A DNA stretch of 64,000 nt, from the NCBI GenBank assembly GCA_030141605.1, contig JAQGDQ010000592.1:1-64000 (forward strand), in the 5' to 3' direction. How positions within the stretch are numbered: the stretch's first letter is position 1; every line of letters begins with the position of its first letter. This stretch comes from Tubiluchus corallicola. Lineage: Eukaryota > Animalia > Priapulida. Shown one piece after another: positions 50,401 to 63,443 of this stretch. Made by a program: the position numbers and the translations under genes. The notes under the pieces were generated by a model, which did not search any database, was not told where the DNA came from, and saw only the letters and a program-made list of their open reading frames with translations.

Positions 50401-53400
50401 TCATTTGTTTGTTTTCAGAATATGATAATTGTATTGGATATCAGCTATAGTTTATCACTATACAGTGGAACATCTCGAGTAAGTATGTTTTGTAAAAAAC
50501 TGCATCTGTCTGGTAAAATTTCTCTCGTCACTGTGAAGCATAACTTTGCTATACTCAAGAACAACAGGTCAAATCTAATTTCCTAAAATGATCGTTAAAT
50601 TTTACTTTTCAATGAATATTTCCTTGCATTGATTGCGCTGCATTTGTTGAATGCCAAGAAGGTTTTTTTCTAGGTGGGAAGGCTTCATGTTAGCAACATA
50701 CCTCCATCTCGATTGTCTTTACCGATCAACCAAAACTCAGGGGATAGTCCAGCTCTTATTACTTCTAGCCGTCCACCTAGTGCACTCGAAGCTCGCTTTG
50801 AAGACGAGGTATTTTATCATCTATATGCAAATCTATGCCATTGAGTGTTGTATTGTTTCTCCTCCTCTTACTAGTAAAAAATGGTACTATCCAGTAAAGA
50901 AATAAACAAAATGATAAAGCAAACATTCATTGTAGAATGCTAACTGAAAATCAAGTGAAAGAGTGCATTATGTCATGTTCTTTCATCTAGTTACATTTTG
51001 TATTCAACCCAGTGATTTCCAACTTACGGGTCAGGACCCAAATTTGAGTCTTTAAGGCAAGTAGCATAAGTTGCCAGTAAATGCTGAACTCGTAGTTTTT
51101 GTATATAATTTTTTATTTAATGGTTCTTCTTGTTGACAATATAGTACATATATTAATCTAAATATCTAGGAAGGTTTAAATATAGAAATTTGATATTTCA
51201 GTGAATAAAACTGCTAAATTTATGTTCATAAATGCTTCATATTCAACCTCAGCATCCCAAAAATACAAGAAAACATCTATTTTGAGGCCATTTCTGCCGC
51301 ACTAAAAAGATAGTTTCAGAGCTTTCCAGATTTATGAATTGAAACTGGTTCTTCATTGCTAAACACGGAGAACCACTTGCTGGAAAGAATTCTCTCTACT
51401 TACCCTTTATTCTAAGGTTATACTTGATTTAGGTTTGCTTGTAATGCTTTGTTGCATTCTTTTAAAAGGTCAACCAATAAGAATAGATCTAATTTTTAAT
51501 CTACTCGTTGAAAGGGAAACAATCACCACGTCTTTTTAAATAAAAAGATTTTGTGATTACTTCAAAACACTACTGATTAACTATTAATGTGGAATTGAGT
51601 AGGTATAAAAAATGTGTTCCATTCACAGCTGATCATCGTATTGCTTGGAATTTTGTTTTTATAGGTAAATCTGCTGTCGCCTGTACCAACTGAGATGAAT
51701 TCATCCCTAGCTGACGTTCAGTTGCAGATTGGAGCTGGCCTTGTGATGGGGCTTCGTGACGGGATTCAAGATAAATTCACAATGGTTAATATTGTATCAT
51801 TCCACTTTCTTTAAGTTGGTTACAGATGGGCTTTAGTAGATGATGGCTGGAAACAATTTTTTATGCAACACCATTTTCTATGTTTGGTTTAAATTTGACT
51901 GCAAGTTATACGACGTACACTCCACTGACTCCTCGTGTTCACTGTATCATGCAAGAAGTTGTATAACGGTTGCATGTAGTAAACACGTAAATGAGTACTC
52001 GGAAGAGGACTAGCAAAATTTAACCTCAAATATAGACACTTATAGTCACTTGGCATACTTCATTTCAATGTTTGTAAATGAGGATGAAATATCGTTATTG
52101 TAATTAATTGACTATGATTTATAAAATGAGTTTATGAAATTTATTTGCTGTTGGTTTTTAGGTAATGAACAATGGTAGCATGTTCAGAGTTTCTCTGCCA
52201 GAATTGGCTTCTTGTCCTCTGGGTATGATATTTTATGACTTCATTTACATTTCTAATATTGAGGCTAATCAACTTGTAAAATATATTCTTGGACCAGTAA
52301 TTTATTTATTTTGTCTATTTTGTGTAAATATACAATTGTACAAGTAAAAATTTTGACTTATACAGATGTTCCATATCTGTTAGAGATACATATTTAATAG
52401 ATTTATTAAATCTCCTTGATAAACTTAACCTAAACAACCAAAAAAGTAGTTTGCAATAATATATATATATTGTGCAGTTATGCACAATCTTAATTTAATT
52501 ATGATTATGATAGACTTGAACTTAGTACCAATTAGTTAATATAGAAGAAATATTAGAAGGGCAGTGCAAGTTCTAGAACACCTGTATTTTCAGGCAATTT
52601 TTAAAGGCTAATCATGATAACATTTATTTGTTATAGTCAAGTTATGTATTGAAGCATTACGTTATGTTCTACCTCGTGATAAGGCAATGCAGGCATTGCT
52701 CAAATGGTACTGCATTAGGAATGCACCTGGCGGGCTGGGTCTGCAGACAGAATGGCAAAAATTTATGGCTTGTTTGCTCGGCATGATGGGATATGATACT
52801 GGCAAACTATCAATAGTGAGAGTAAGTGACTAAGTATTTGTCTATTAGAAAAGATGATTTTATGTTTGTTGTTTGAAAGCAATTTGAAATGTTCCAATGA
52901 ATATTTATCATCGATCATTTGGTCCAGTTACTTCAGCACATTTTTTGCTTTTACACTGGCCGCTAAGGTTTTAACCTTCCCACAACCTTTCACAAAGACA
53001 ACTTTCAACAGTGAAAAGACTTGAAATTTCCTTAATCCAAATATTAAAGTTTGCAGCAGCTTTGTCTATAGTAACTTTGAACAAGGTAATGGTAATGGCA
53101 TTTGATTTTCGTGTTTATTTTTTGTTTTCAGCTCAAAATCCCAAACCATTACTTGCTGAATCATATAAAGTGTTAAACACAAAGAGCTACACGAATGATG
53201 AACTGATTTTTCAAGTCTTCTATTGTATTGGTACTTATAATTAGTTATAAAAAAGTACTCTTCTTACAGACAGATGTAGAAGGTTCTATGTCACCTGTTC
53301 TAATGGTTAAAAAGGCTAAGCATGATTTAGAAACGAGCTGTGATCAGGTAAAAATACATCGACTTTTGAGATAAAGTATATTGAGGTAAAAATATTGTCT

Positions 53401-56400
53401 TTGGCACTTTTCCATTGCTGTACTTTACCTTGAACTAATGAAATTGGCAGAAAAATTACAAACAGTGGTAAAAATTGAATTTCTATCACACGAACGAGGC
53501 ATGTTGCTTCAAGTGGTTAAAAGTTAAGCTATATTTTATTAGAAATTAGTAGTGTGTTAATAATCATGCAACATTTCCACTTTTTAGTATATGGAAAAAA
53601 TGTCAAAAGTAAACATGCATATCAAATATCTGCAATACAAAATTACAAATTTTCCAATTTACAGTTGTTGTAGAAAAGAGCCTGTATAACACACTTATGT
53701 AATGGGTTATAATGTCACTAAAAATTCATTATTTCTGATTAATTTTTCATGTAATTCTTCCAGTTGCACACTTTTCCAGGCAAATTAGGCAAAGGCATGA
53801 TGTACAGCTGCCAGCAGATTTTGTACTATAACATTTCTTATTTAATTGCTGCTTTGGGTGCAAATGCACTTCAGTGCACGTACTAATAATGTAGGTGCAA
53901 CACCTCTTCAGTGCTGAACTAACTTGAATAACTTCATTATTCTGTTTTGTAGGTTTTTAATTCTCCTAAACAGTACAAGTTAAAATGTGATTTACACATC
54001 ATTGACACAACAGTTACTATGTCATTGCTTTGATATAGGGCTTCATGTGTTAAAATTTGTGGCTGTTGTGCACAAGTTTGCTGTTTTCACCTTTATCAAA
54101 CTTCTGTTTCAGGATTGGATTGCCTTGCTTAAGTCTGATCATCATCAAATCATTAATGGGTGTGGTGTATTTGGCGCAGATGTTGTTCAACCTGAGCAGG
54201 CTCCGTCAACCCCTAAATGTGCCACAATTGATGCAACCTCTATATTGTTTCAGCACATTCCTGCAGTTTTCTTTGCTTTCCATCTTGTTTATGAAGTAAG
54301 GTTTTTTAACTTAAATAAATCAAAACTTGTATATTTTTTGCAAAAAAAATTAGTTAAAATATCTATTTTGTACTATTCTGTAAGTGTGATAATTTCAGAG
54401 GTTTAGTGATTGGTCAGAAAGATGATGATCCCGGTAGAGTGTGTAATCTGTTTATAGTCCTGGTAGAGAGTGTAATCTGTCTATGATCCTGGTAGAGGAT
54501 GTAATCTGTCTCAGATCCTGGTAGAGGGTGTAATCTGTCTCAGATCCTGGTAGAGGGTGTAATCTGTCTCAGATCCTGGTAGAGTGTGTAATCTGTCTAT
54601 GATCCTGGTAGAGGGTGTAATCTGTCTATGATCCTGATAAGAGTGTGTAATCTGTCTATGATCCTGGTAGAGGGTGTAATCTGTCTATGATCCTGGTAGA
54701 GGGTGTAATCTGTCTATGATCCTGATAAGAGTGTGTAATCTGTCTATGATCCTGATAAGAGTGTGTAATCTGTCTATGATCCTGGTAGAGGGTGTAATCT
54801 GTCTATGATCCTGGTAGAGGGTGTAATCTGTCTATGATCCTGATACAGTGTGTAATCTGCCTATGATCCTGATAGAGTGTGTAATCTGCCTATGATCCTG
54901 GCAGAATGCGTATCTATGATCTTGGTAGAGTGTGTAATCTGTCAATTATACTGGTAGAGGATGTAATCTGTCTCAGATCCTGGTAGAGTGTGTGATCTGT
55001 CTATCACAGTTCGAGTTTAGTAAAGAATTGTTTTCTTTTTGCTTTAGAAATTATACCATTAATTGGGCCATTGTAATTGTCTTCATATTTTGTTTCTTTG
55101 CAATGGATGGTACCAATGTTTCCTTTGCATTGCATTCAACAATGAATAAAATTTGTCGGCATTGCTGCCACAATAGCTTCATTCGGCAATCTAAATTAAA
55201 GAATATAAAAAGAAATGACAGTAAGAAGAAAAGCAAAAAAATGACTGTGTTGTGTCCTATTCATAATTTTTTATCCCTAATTCATTAAACTAGTTTTGTA
55301 TTACACTGTAATTATATTATATATGTAATGACATATTCTTCTTTGGTCAACAATAGACATTGAAAGTGCATATCACATGTTGTAATTTGTCGTGCCACAA
55401 GGCTCTAGTTCAAGTCCTTCATGCCTCAGTTTTTCAGATTCCTTTCTGTTTCCAAACTTGACTGTTGATTTCTTGTTATACTGATGGTACAGCCAGAAAT
55501 CGAATTTAAAGAATGACAGCCAAAGTTTCATTCTGTTTTTTTAACCTGTAGTAAGATGCTGTGGTCAATAAATTATTTCCTGCATTTTGTTTCAATGTTA
55601 TCTGTAATTTCTGGTAGAGAAATAAAACTAAGTAAGTGAACAGTAGGGGCTTCTATTTTACAGAATAGATGCCATGCAGTTATAATGTCCGTGTATTGTG
55701 TTTTGTATAGGAGTTGAAATTAGCATCTGGTTTGAGAAACGTAGTAGAAGATTTAGCTATTTTGCTGTTTCAATTAGCAAGGTAAGTTTATGTGTACTAA
55801 CATATTTACAATAATAATATGTTTAATACTAGTACACAATAGTAATAAGTAGTAAATTAGAGTAATGTGTGTTTCTATTTATTGTATGTATTGCAGTAAA
55901 TGACATTCTTATCACGTACTGATATTACATGCTTAATTACAATATGCCTCACTAATTGGTTCTATGAGAGCTCATAAAAAGTGAATTGTATTGCTTTAAA
56001 TATTATTTCAAGAATCAAATACTAGCCTTTTAAATATTTTAACTGTGTTTGCTGTTTTAATTTTGCCATAATTAAGTTTGAGTATGATACAAGTTTTTAC
56101 AGTGTGTTGATTTTGCTTTTGTCATTCTGCAGTGATTTGCAGCTTATATTGTATCAAGATCTTTACTGGAGAGACTGGCCAACCTTAACTATTGGAAAAC
56201 AGCTCTCAACCCAGTTTCAAGAAGGTATTAATGATAATGATAATGAAAAATAATAATTTACAAATACATAACCGAGATTATTATCATCCTGCTTTTACCC
56301 ATTAAAGCCACACGCCATTCAGAGCAATAGAAAATATCATTTTTAAAGTCTTGGTATGAACCCGGTTGCAGTATTGAACGCACAACTTCCCACATGGAAA

Positions 56401-59400
56401 GCAGACATGTTATCCATGAGACTGTACAGTTTGTACTGGTCTGGACAAGCGAGTTTTTTTATTATAATTTTATTCTCTGCATAAAAATACTACTTATGTC
56501 ATAAATTAATATCCTTAACTACTTTAGCTACAATCTACAGAATGTTACAGTATTAAATTGAGGATGTGTCACTTATTATCTAGAATAGGAATATATATTT
56601 AAAAAGAGATATCAAAATATTATTTATCACAGGTGTTTTATGAAATAGGATCATTAGACATTCTTTTGCTCTTGGTTTCTGTTAACGAAACGTGAGTAAA
56701 CCATTTTATAATCATTTTAGATCATTTGGAAAAACTTCTTGCTCAGTTTCCGACTTATTTTACCGACGAACCTCCCGAGATTTTTGCATGGTTGTACCAT
56801 TGTTTGTGGAAATATGATCCTCCGTATCCATTTCCATATATACCCAATGTTTGCAGAAGAACTAGGATGATTGCTATGGTAAATATGAATGGAATCTGGC
56901 AAGTTTTTCTTCTAAGTCCTTGCATATTGTCCAAATGTAGAATATGTTTTTCATTTTTAGTTTTGAGAAGTTCAAAAAACAAAACTAACTATGCAACTAT
57001 TATTGTGTTAGTTTTGAGGTAAATTCTCTTTTTTACAGATTTTAACATCTTAGAACAAATTTTAAGCAATTTTTAAAATCAGGTTTGAAGTATTTTCTGT
57101 CTTATAGATATCTTAATATGTTAGAGCTGCTTTTTGTATTGTCAAAAGGTTTCCAATGCCGTCGTGTTGAAATATTTTATTAATATTATTTTTTGTGGTA
57201 ATTCAGCTATATGGATTCTTGTTCAGTGAACCAGATGTTTGTGATATTGGTGAAAAATACCTGCACTGCATTCCTGTCTCAGGTAAGAACAATTTTATAA
57301 TTTTTTAATACTTTGTTTTAGAGATCAAACTTGTATATGACACTGACAATCACTGTCACTAAGTGTATCAGCAAAAAATGTGATACAAGTGCTTTTGACA
57401 TAACGTTTAGAAAATTTGTTTAGAATGTCACATTTACAGACACATCTTCAGAATACAAGTTAACAGCAGTATTTACCATTGTATGATATCTTGATTTATC
57501 TGATTAACTTCAGTTATTGGTATTTAATAATAACATCTAGAAGTAACTATTGGTAAATAATAATACTAATAAGGTTCCCACACTGTCTAATTGGCTCCCT
57601 AAGTGAACTGTTGATTTTGCTGAGACTTTAATGTCCAAATTTTTGGAGGTTGCAATCTATCCAAACTTCTGCAAATGTCCCTTTTGTCGGCCAATAGCAC
57701 TTCTTTGTCTTAACCTGTGATATCTTTAAAGTTACTTACTTAGACCTTGTTTATAAAATATGATGTAAAAATGTAAGGTGGATATTTGCTAAAGTCTATT
57801 TGTTATTATTTTTCAAACAAATACACATGTATACATTATACATTTATAGGAATACATTTGTATAACATTATAGGTCAGAGAGCACCATGTGAAAAACCAT
57901 TTCTTGTGAATAAACTAGATGAAACCTCACCTAGGCATCGGCAAGAGCGAGCTGTTTTACACATGACGCATGCAGGTGAATTGTTATTATTGAATTATTG
58001 AGTCACTTAATCTTTTGAGAGGTTGTCATTTCTTGAAAAGTGATTTTTGTTAAAAATGTATTTGTGGCATTTACTTCATATGATTTAATTTCTGATCTTA
58101 CAGCAGATATCTAATTGACTAGACACGTCACCGAATAGTCAATTCCGGCTGTCAGTGCGCCAAATTACATAAAGAAAGATTATGTGTTTATTGTTTAACG
58201 ACAAAAGTATTTTGGTGTGGTTGGTTATGTTATTTCTAATGATGTAATTCCAAATCTTTATGATTGATTCAATAAATTATTTTATTTTGTCATTTTATTT
58301 AGATATTAAACTAAAAGATCTGGAGATGTTTCCACCTGGAGTAGTCCTACCAATTTACCAAGCCATTCATATGTGCAGGAAGTATCCATCTCCACAGTGG
58401 ACTGAAGCTACCTATACTCTAATTGGTATGTACAGCTTAGATATTTCAAGGTTTCTTTTTGTGTTATCAAAAAAGTTTTGCTGTCTTCCTAATCAAAACT
58501 TACTATTTAAAGAATACACAGTTTGTAAGAATACACATATTTTATAATGTTTAGGAATTTTTTGTATATATTTTTTATATATAATAGGTCGAAGTGATCT
58601 CTGTGAGCAGACTAGATTTGGTAACGCTGAAAAGTGGATGAAGCATTACCATTCTCCAAGTCAAGGTGGAGTGCCAACTTTGCATAAACCTGAAGAAGAT
58701 GATGACGGAATGATGCATGTTGAAAATGAGGTTATCCATTATCTGTTACCCACTTGTTTTGTCATTTAGTAATTATTAACACTTCATCTGCTTACCTGAA
58801 CAATATTCAGACTGTGAGTTTAATTCTGTTCCTGATTTTTTTCCTGTTAGTTTCATGGTTATAATTCTTCTAGACAGTAATTGCTTTTAAATCATTTAAG
58901 TAGTGTTGTAATTACAACATGTATTGCTTGTATAATTTGCATATTGTAACAATTAACAACCCACTTCTCATTGATTTGACATTGTTAGCCAGTCTGGTTT
59001 CCCACTATAAATTTTCATATTTGGATCCGAAATTTTGAACACTAATAACAGAACTTACTCAGAGTAATGGTGATACACTGAGAAAATTTCTTTGTGATAA
59101 TTTTATTTTCTAGTTCTATGACTTGTAGCTGCATCGTGTTATCTCACTACCTCAGTAATGTTATATTAATTCTGCACCAATAAAGTTTTATTAAGTTTGT
59201 ACAATGCAAACTTTGTTTTCGTCTAGGCACTTAAGTTGCAGTTTGGAAGTGATCTGCGTGTTCAAGAAGTGAGGAAAATGCTGCAATCAGCAAAGCCAGT
59301 GAAAATTTATCTTGTGCAAAGACCTGAAGTCAGGTATAATATACATGTAACTAAATTTTGCACTTGCATGTAGGTAAATTTGGTTTAGTATGAACATTAC

Positions 59401-62400
59401 ATTTAAATGCTATAGTTTTTACTGTTTAGTTTCATAATGTAGAAACAAAACTTAGGAATTTAATGATGCATAAGGTTAATGTGTTAAGTGGCACCTGTGC
59501 TGCAGACATTACAGTATGTTTTGTACATTCATTGAAGAATTTTTGGAAGTATATTTCTTTAATAACGTATGATTATTTTTTTTGCTTGTTCTAAATCTTG
59601 GAATATGATTACATTGACTGTACAATAATTTTGTTGTTGCAATTGTTCTTTAGTGATCACGAATTTATTGAAGAACAAGAACGGCATCTTTTGTCAACTT
59701 GTCTAAGAACAATGGCGTTACCAGTTGGAAGAGCCATTTTTACATTGTCTACAACTGTACCCATTATAACAGAGATATTACCAATTCCTAAACTCTGTCT
59801 TACTGGAAGAGCACCGCCAAGGTAGGATGAATAGTCTATTTTAATAACATTGTGATAACACTCAAGGTGTTATTGTGTGCAGAAAACTTCTTCATAAGAA
59901 AACAAAAAGTGTTTATATTAAGTTGATTCATGATCATTGAATCTTGTATGTGCATTGCTTTGATTGTCTTTTGCTTATTTATCACATTACTTTCAGAAAT
60001 ACAACAGTTGACTTGACTCACATTGATGTTCCTCCTAACATGAACATGTGGCCACTTTTCCACAATGGTGTTGCAGCTGGATTAAAAATAATGCCTCAGT
60101 CATCTGGTGTAATATATCTTTTATACATAGGGTGGTGTACAACAAAATGTGCTGAAATTTGTTCATAATGTGTCATAGCTAAAATATCCAAAAGTGGAAA
60201 AACTTATACTAAAATTGGTTGAAAAATATTTACCCTAGAAGACATTTTAGGCCCTAATGTTTTTTCCACAATTTTTTAATTCTTAGGTCATTAATTTTGG
60301 TCAGCTTTATAAAAGTATTTTATACTTTAACAGTATATTATAAAATATGATTGGCGGTGACTGGTTTATTATTAGCGATCATAAAACAAGTTATGTCTTA
60401 ATGTCAAAAATAGTGACAGAGAATTAAAAATCCCATAAAAAACAAGGAAAATGAAAGAGAACGAAATTGTTTCAAACTGCCACTGCAGTTCATCTTCAGG
60501 TAAAAAAACAAAGGACAAAAAATACTAATACTACTAGTACTACTACTAATATGTATATTAATACTAATGGAATTACCATTACTAATTTTTGGGGAATTTT
60601 TTATTTATGTTATTGATGCATAAACCATAAAGATGTTAAAGTACAACACTAAAAAAGATATATGACAAACGAAGTGTCTGTTGTGTCCCGTTCTGTTCTG
60701 TGATTGTGTGTGTGTGTGTGTGCGCGTGTGAGGGTGTGCGTGCGCATGTGCGCACGTGCATGCAGGCATGTGGGTATGCTTGCATGTGGCCAGTGATCTG
60801 ATACTCCTGTGTTCCTTCTGTGTCCATGTGATTTTTTTATTATTTGCTGTGCTTCCATGTTTTTACGTGTTTGTATCCTTCTTAATATGATATCTTTGCA
60901 TGTTCATAATATAAATAAAAACTCCACAAAAATAATTCCATATTATATTTTGAATTTTGCCTTTCACCTGAAGATAAACTGCAATGGCAGTTTTGAAACA
61001 TGCTTTTTCATCTTTTTCGTGTTTTTTATAGTAGGATTTTTAGTACATTAGCAGTCATAACTTGCGGCGTGTGTATTACTTTCACTGATGCTTTTTAGAT
61101 AAGTTTTAATATAATTTTTACATGCTATAGTAAGAATAGTGCATGTGCAGAATTGCTTTCTAGTTTGTAAATTGCTGTGGCATTTTGCAGTTTCAGAGTA
61201 TATTTGCTACACAGTTCTAGTTTCACTAACACTTTAGAATAATAAAAAGACAAGTATGATTACATAATTACATTGGTGTTTAACCGGCATTGTAAAAAAA
61301 TTCTGCAATTGTAACGTAGTTTGCTAGATGGTATTGGGACTTCATATTTTTATCTTTCTAGATTGAATCAGCATGGATAGTGTACAATAAGCCAAAGAGC
61401 ACAGACCTCACAGCAGAACATGCTGGATTTCTAATGGCTTTAGGGTTGCATGGACATCTATCTAACCTTGCAACGAAGAACATCCACGATTATTTATGCA
61501 AGGTATTCTTGCATTGTATAGTATTTCTTTACTTAATGAGCAATAATCTAATTTAATGGTGTAACATTTGTGTGGGATTTGTATACTATACCAATTTCAT
61601 TTTTAGATCCAAAACAAGAACTTTATTTGTCATACTACCAATTTTGACAACTTGATTGGTTGTGCATTCTGCAGCTATTGATTGATTGTATTTGTTTCTT
61701 AGGGTCATGAACTTACAAGTGTTGGGCTGTTACTTGGAATCTCATCTGCAAAGTATGTACATTTGTGCCTTCTTTGCTATTTGTGGTTGTTATACTTTGT
61801 CTGTGTTTAACAACAGGCAGATATTCAACGGAGGGTGAAAAATGATTATATATTGCAGGAAATATCAGTACTTGCTTTACAGCGCCCTCACTTATTAAAA
61901 TCACACTCGCAAAATGCTTAATTGCTAGTGATTTTTGGAGTCATCCATCAGGCGGAGTAAAAATTCAGTGACCAGAAAGCAAATAAATAAAATCCCTAAC
62001 TAATGAATGACTTAGTAAGTAAACAAAATAGCTTGTTGGTAGCAGAATGAGGCAGGCCTTCCTTTTGGACAATCTGTAACATTCTTAGCCGGTTGCCTTA
62101 TTTCAGTTATGCTTGGTCATGCTGATCCATGATCAGTACTGTGGTTTCATAACAGATAAACTTAATTACATACAGAAACGACACTAATGCGTTTCAGCAA
62201 AATGCGACGTTAAGCCAAACGTGATTAGAGAAGCCTAGACTTCCATAGAAAGTAATGTAAACGAACTGAGATACATTCCTGAGATAAAAATCAGTGCTGC
62301 TTAAATCATATAAGTTTAAATATTTTATGGGTTTCATTCATATTTCTACTAATCTATTTTTTGTTTGCTTGAAACTACCTATCTGTCTTACCAATAACTA

Positions 62401-63443
62401 GCTAGAGGTTTCCTTTCGTTAGTGCAGAGTCAAAGCCAAGCCCTGGGGTGACCTCTGGAATTTTATCTAGATACAGTGTACAGCTACAGTCTGGATGCTA
62501 TATCAACAGGTTGCAGGCAAAATTTGTTGGCGTAAATGATAAAGTTTGCTCCCAGGCCTCGCTTGATACAAAAGGCTTTGATTTAGTACGTTAGTCAGTC
62601 AGGAAACAAAAGTTTATAATAATTGCACTAGTACAGTAAATTTAATATTATTCCAGTAATTTAATTAAATGAAAGGAAATTGCTTACAAATTTCATTTTG
62701 CCTTTTTCATGCCCTAGCTACTCATCATTAAATTACTGAGACCAGTCTTACCAACTATAAGATACTGAAAACTCCAGAGTCACTGGACAAAAAATCCCAA
62801 TATTTTGATATACATTCGGTGTACTACTTTTTGGTGTAGGAGCTGCTAAAGACGAGTAGCTTTAATATAAATTATGAACTCTCTTCATGCTTTATGATAA
62901 AGCAACTATATGGCAAGACTAACAAATTTATACAATGTTTAATATATCTGGTTACACAGGGTTATTGAATGTATGCAGTGTTAATACATCAGGGTCACAT
63001 AGTTATAGGTATCTAGCGATTCAGTTATTAGATCTACAAGAAAGAAAAGTGTTAAAAGTGTGCTAAGAGCTGCCCTTGAAAATTTCAGTGGTAGCTCCCC
63101 TGGATATTTCAAAGGATAATTACTGAGATATTGTTTGTTTTAAATTTGACAAACTTTTATACGTCTTTTAATCTGTTGTTTTGCTAAGGTTAAGATATTT
63201 ATTATATTAAGTCTATTACTTATTCAAATGCCAATGCCTTAAGTATTTTATTTTTTAGGCAATGTAGTATGGACCTAGCAACAACGAAACTGCTCAGTAT
63301 ACATCTAGAATGCCTCCTACCTCCAACGAGTACAGAACTTGATATTCCTCATATCATTCAAGTTGCTGCTGTTATTGGTATAGGTTTAGTTTATCAAGGA
63401 ACTGCTCATCGACATATGGCTGAAGTTTTACTTGGTGAAATTG
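38443..63443 (+). CDS. ANAPC1: Anaphase-promoting complex subunit 1; 31 coding exons visible (about 1239 codons), 3' part outside the window
   Basis: Exons 38443-38568, 39877-40102, 42028-42125, 42763-42845, 43569-43663, 44033-44169, 44332-44546, 46334-46434, 46920-47016, 47881-47979, 48335-48425, 50419-50478, 50674-50808, 51665-51784, 52162-52222, 52637-52821, 53270-53347, 54113-54295, 55711-55781, 56133-56224, 56721-56878, 57207-57282, 57874-57975, 58303-58425, 58588-58730, 59227-59333, 59654-59821, 59997-60108, 61362-61502, 61703-61752, 63259-63443. All GT-AG and phase-consistent. Motifs: FTVDCHVKQALWC, LPTLFSVLHPLEE, EESNDRSQLIFG, HLVYEELKL, DLRVQEVRKMLQS, RTMALPVGRA, WPLFHNGVAAGL, AGFLMALGLHGHL, LLPPTSTELD. 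Confidence 0.97.
40231..40862 (+). mobile_element. Non-autonomous Helitron, copy A (632 bp)
   Basis: Preceded by A (40230). 5' end TCATATATATTAATTTCGCTGG. 3' perfect 18-nt palindrome ACGCAAAAATTTTTGCGT (40833-40850), 8 nt before the terminal CTAG (40859-40862). No TSD and no TIR. Confidence 0.85.
40863..41595 (+). mobile_element. Non-autonomous Helitron, copy B (733 bp), directly abutting copy A
   Basis: 5' end TCGTATATATTAATTTCGCTGG. 3' hairpin GCAAAATTTTTTGC (41568-41581), then CTAG (41592-41595), followed by T. Colinear with copy A (GACGGCACCATTT, TTTTTCGAATCGGG, TGGGACTCTTGGAAG, GCTCTTTAGAAAGAGGA, AGGACACGTCCA) with an extra interior segment. Confidence 0.85.
44640..46000 (+). mobile_element. 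5'-truncated degenerate CR1 LINE in ANAPC1 intron 7, interrupted by later insertions
   Basis: In order: EVKSGVPQGSFLGLLLFVIFV (44716), LIKFAEDTK (44810), KDLGV, KNANRILEMIKRHF..IIKLYKSLLRP, RKYFFTERMVREW and NKFKNKLD. These are the CR1 RT and ORF2 C-terminal motifs. Confidence 0.88.
45378..45681. mobile_element. ~300-bp MITE nested inside the CR1 remnant
   Basis: Imperfect 22-bp TIRs AGGTAGTAGCCGACTGACGACC / GGTCGCAAGTCGACAACTACCC (17/22). Flanking direct repeat GTAT (45374-45377, 45682-45685), extendable to CGTAT depending on the boundary. Confidence 0.7.
49314..50249. mobile_element. hAT-type MITE (936 bp) with 8-bp TSD
   Basis: Termini TAGTGTTGCTCGATA and TATCGGACGTCACTA. Subterminal CCGAT/TCGG repeats. 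Flanks GTATACAG (49306-49313) and CTATACAG (50250-50257), 7/8 identical. Confidence 0.8.
51010..51379. mobile_element. Possible hAT-Charlie-like MITE remnant
   Basis: Left end CAGTGATTTCCAAC..GGGTC.GGACCC and right end GAGAACCACTTG resemble Charlie termini. No TSD. Confidence 0.35.
54427..55004. repeat. Minisatellite (VNTR), 20 copies of a 29/30-bp unit, in ANAPC1 intron 18
   Basis: Consensus GATCCTGGTAGAGGGTGTAATCTGTCTAT. 30-bp variant GATCCTGATAAGAGTGTGTAATCTGTCTAT at copies 8, 11 and 12. One 24-bp copy. No spacers. Confidence 0.98.
56270..56430 (-). mobile_element. Degenerate tRNA-derived SINE
   Basis: Minus strand: TGGATAACATGTCTGCTTTCCATGTGGGAAGTTGTGCGTTCAATACTG (A-box and B-box-like spacing), followed by GGGTTCATACCAAGACTTTAAAAATG, resembling an invertebrate SINE core. 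An ATT-rich tail follows. Confidence 0.45.
60705..60764. repeat. (TG)n microsatellite and alternating purine-pyrimidine tract
   Basis: (TG)9 CGCGTGTG AGG GTGTGCGTGCGCATGTGCGCACGTGCATGCA. Confidence 0.9.

Noticed and set aside
54427-55004. CRISPR array
   Set aside because: Units are directly adjacent with no unique spacers, the context is a eukaryotic intron, and there are no cas genes.
56345-56430. Functional tRNA gene
   Set aside because: A and B boxes are degenerate, no cloverleaf can be formed, and the sequence continues into a SINE-like body.
56505-60885. U12-type (minor spliceosome) signals ATATCCTTAAC (about 56509) and GTATCCTT (60873)
   Set aside because: Both lie deep within introns and not at exon boundaries. 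All assembled introns have ordinary U2-type GT-AG ends.
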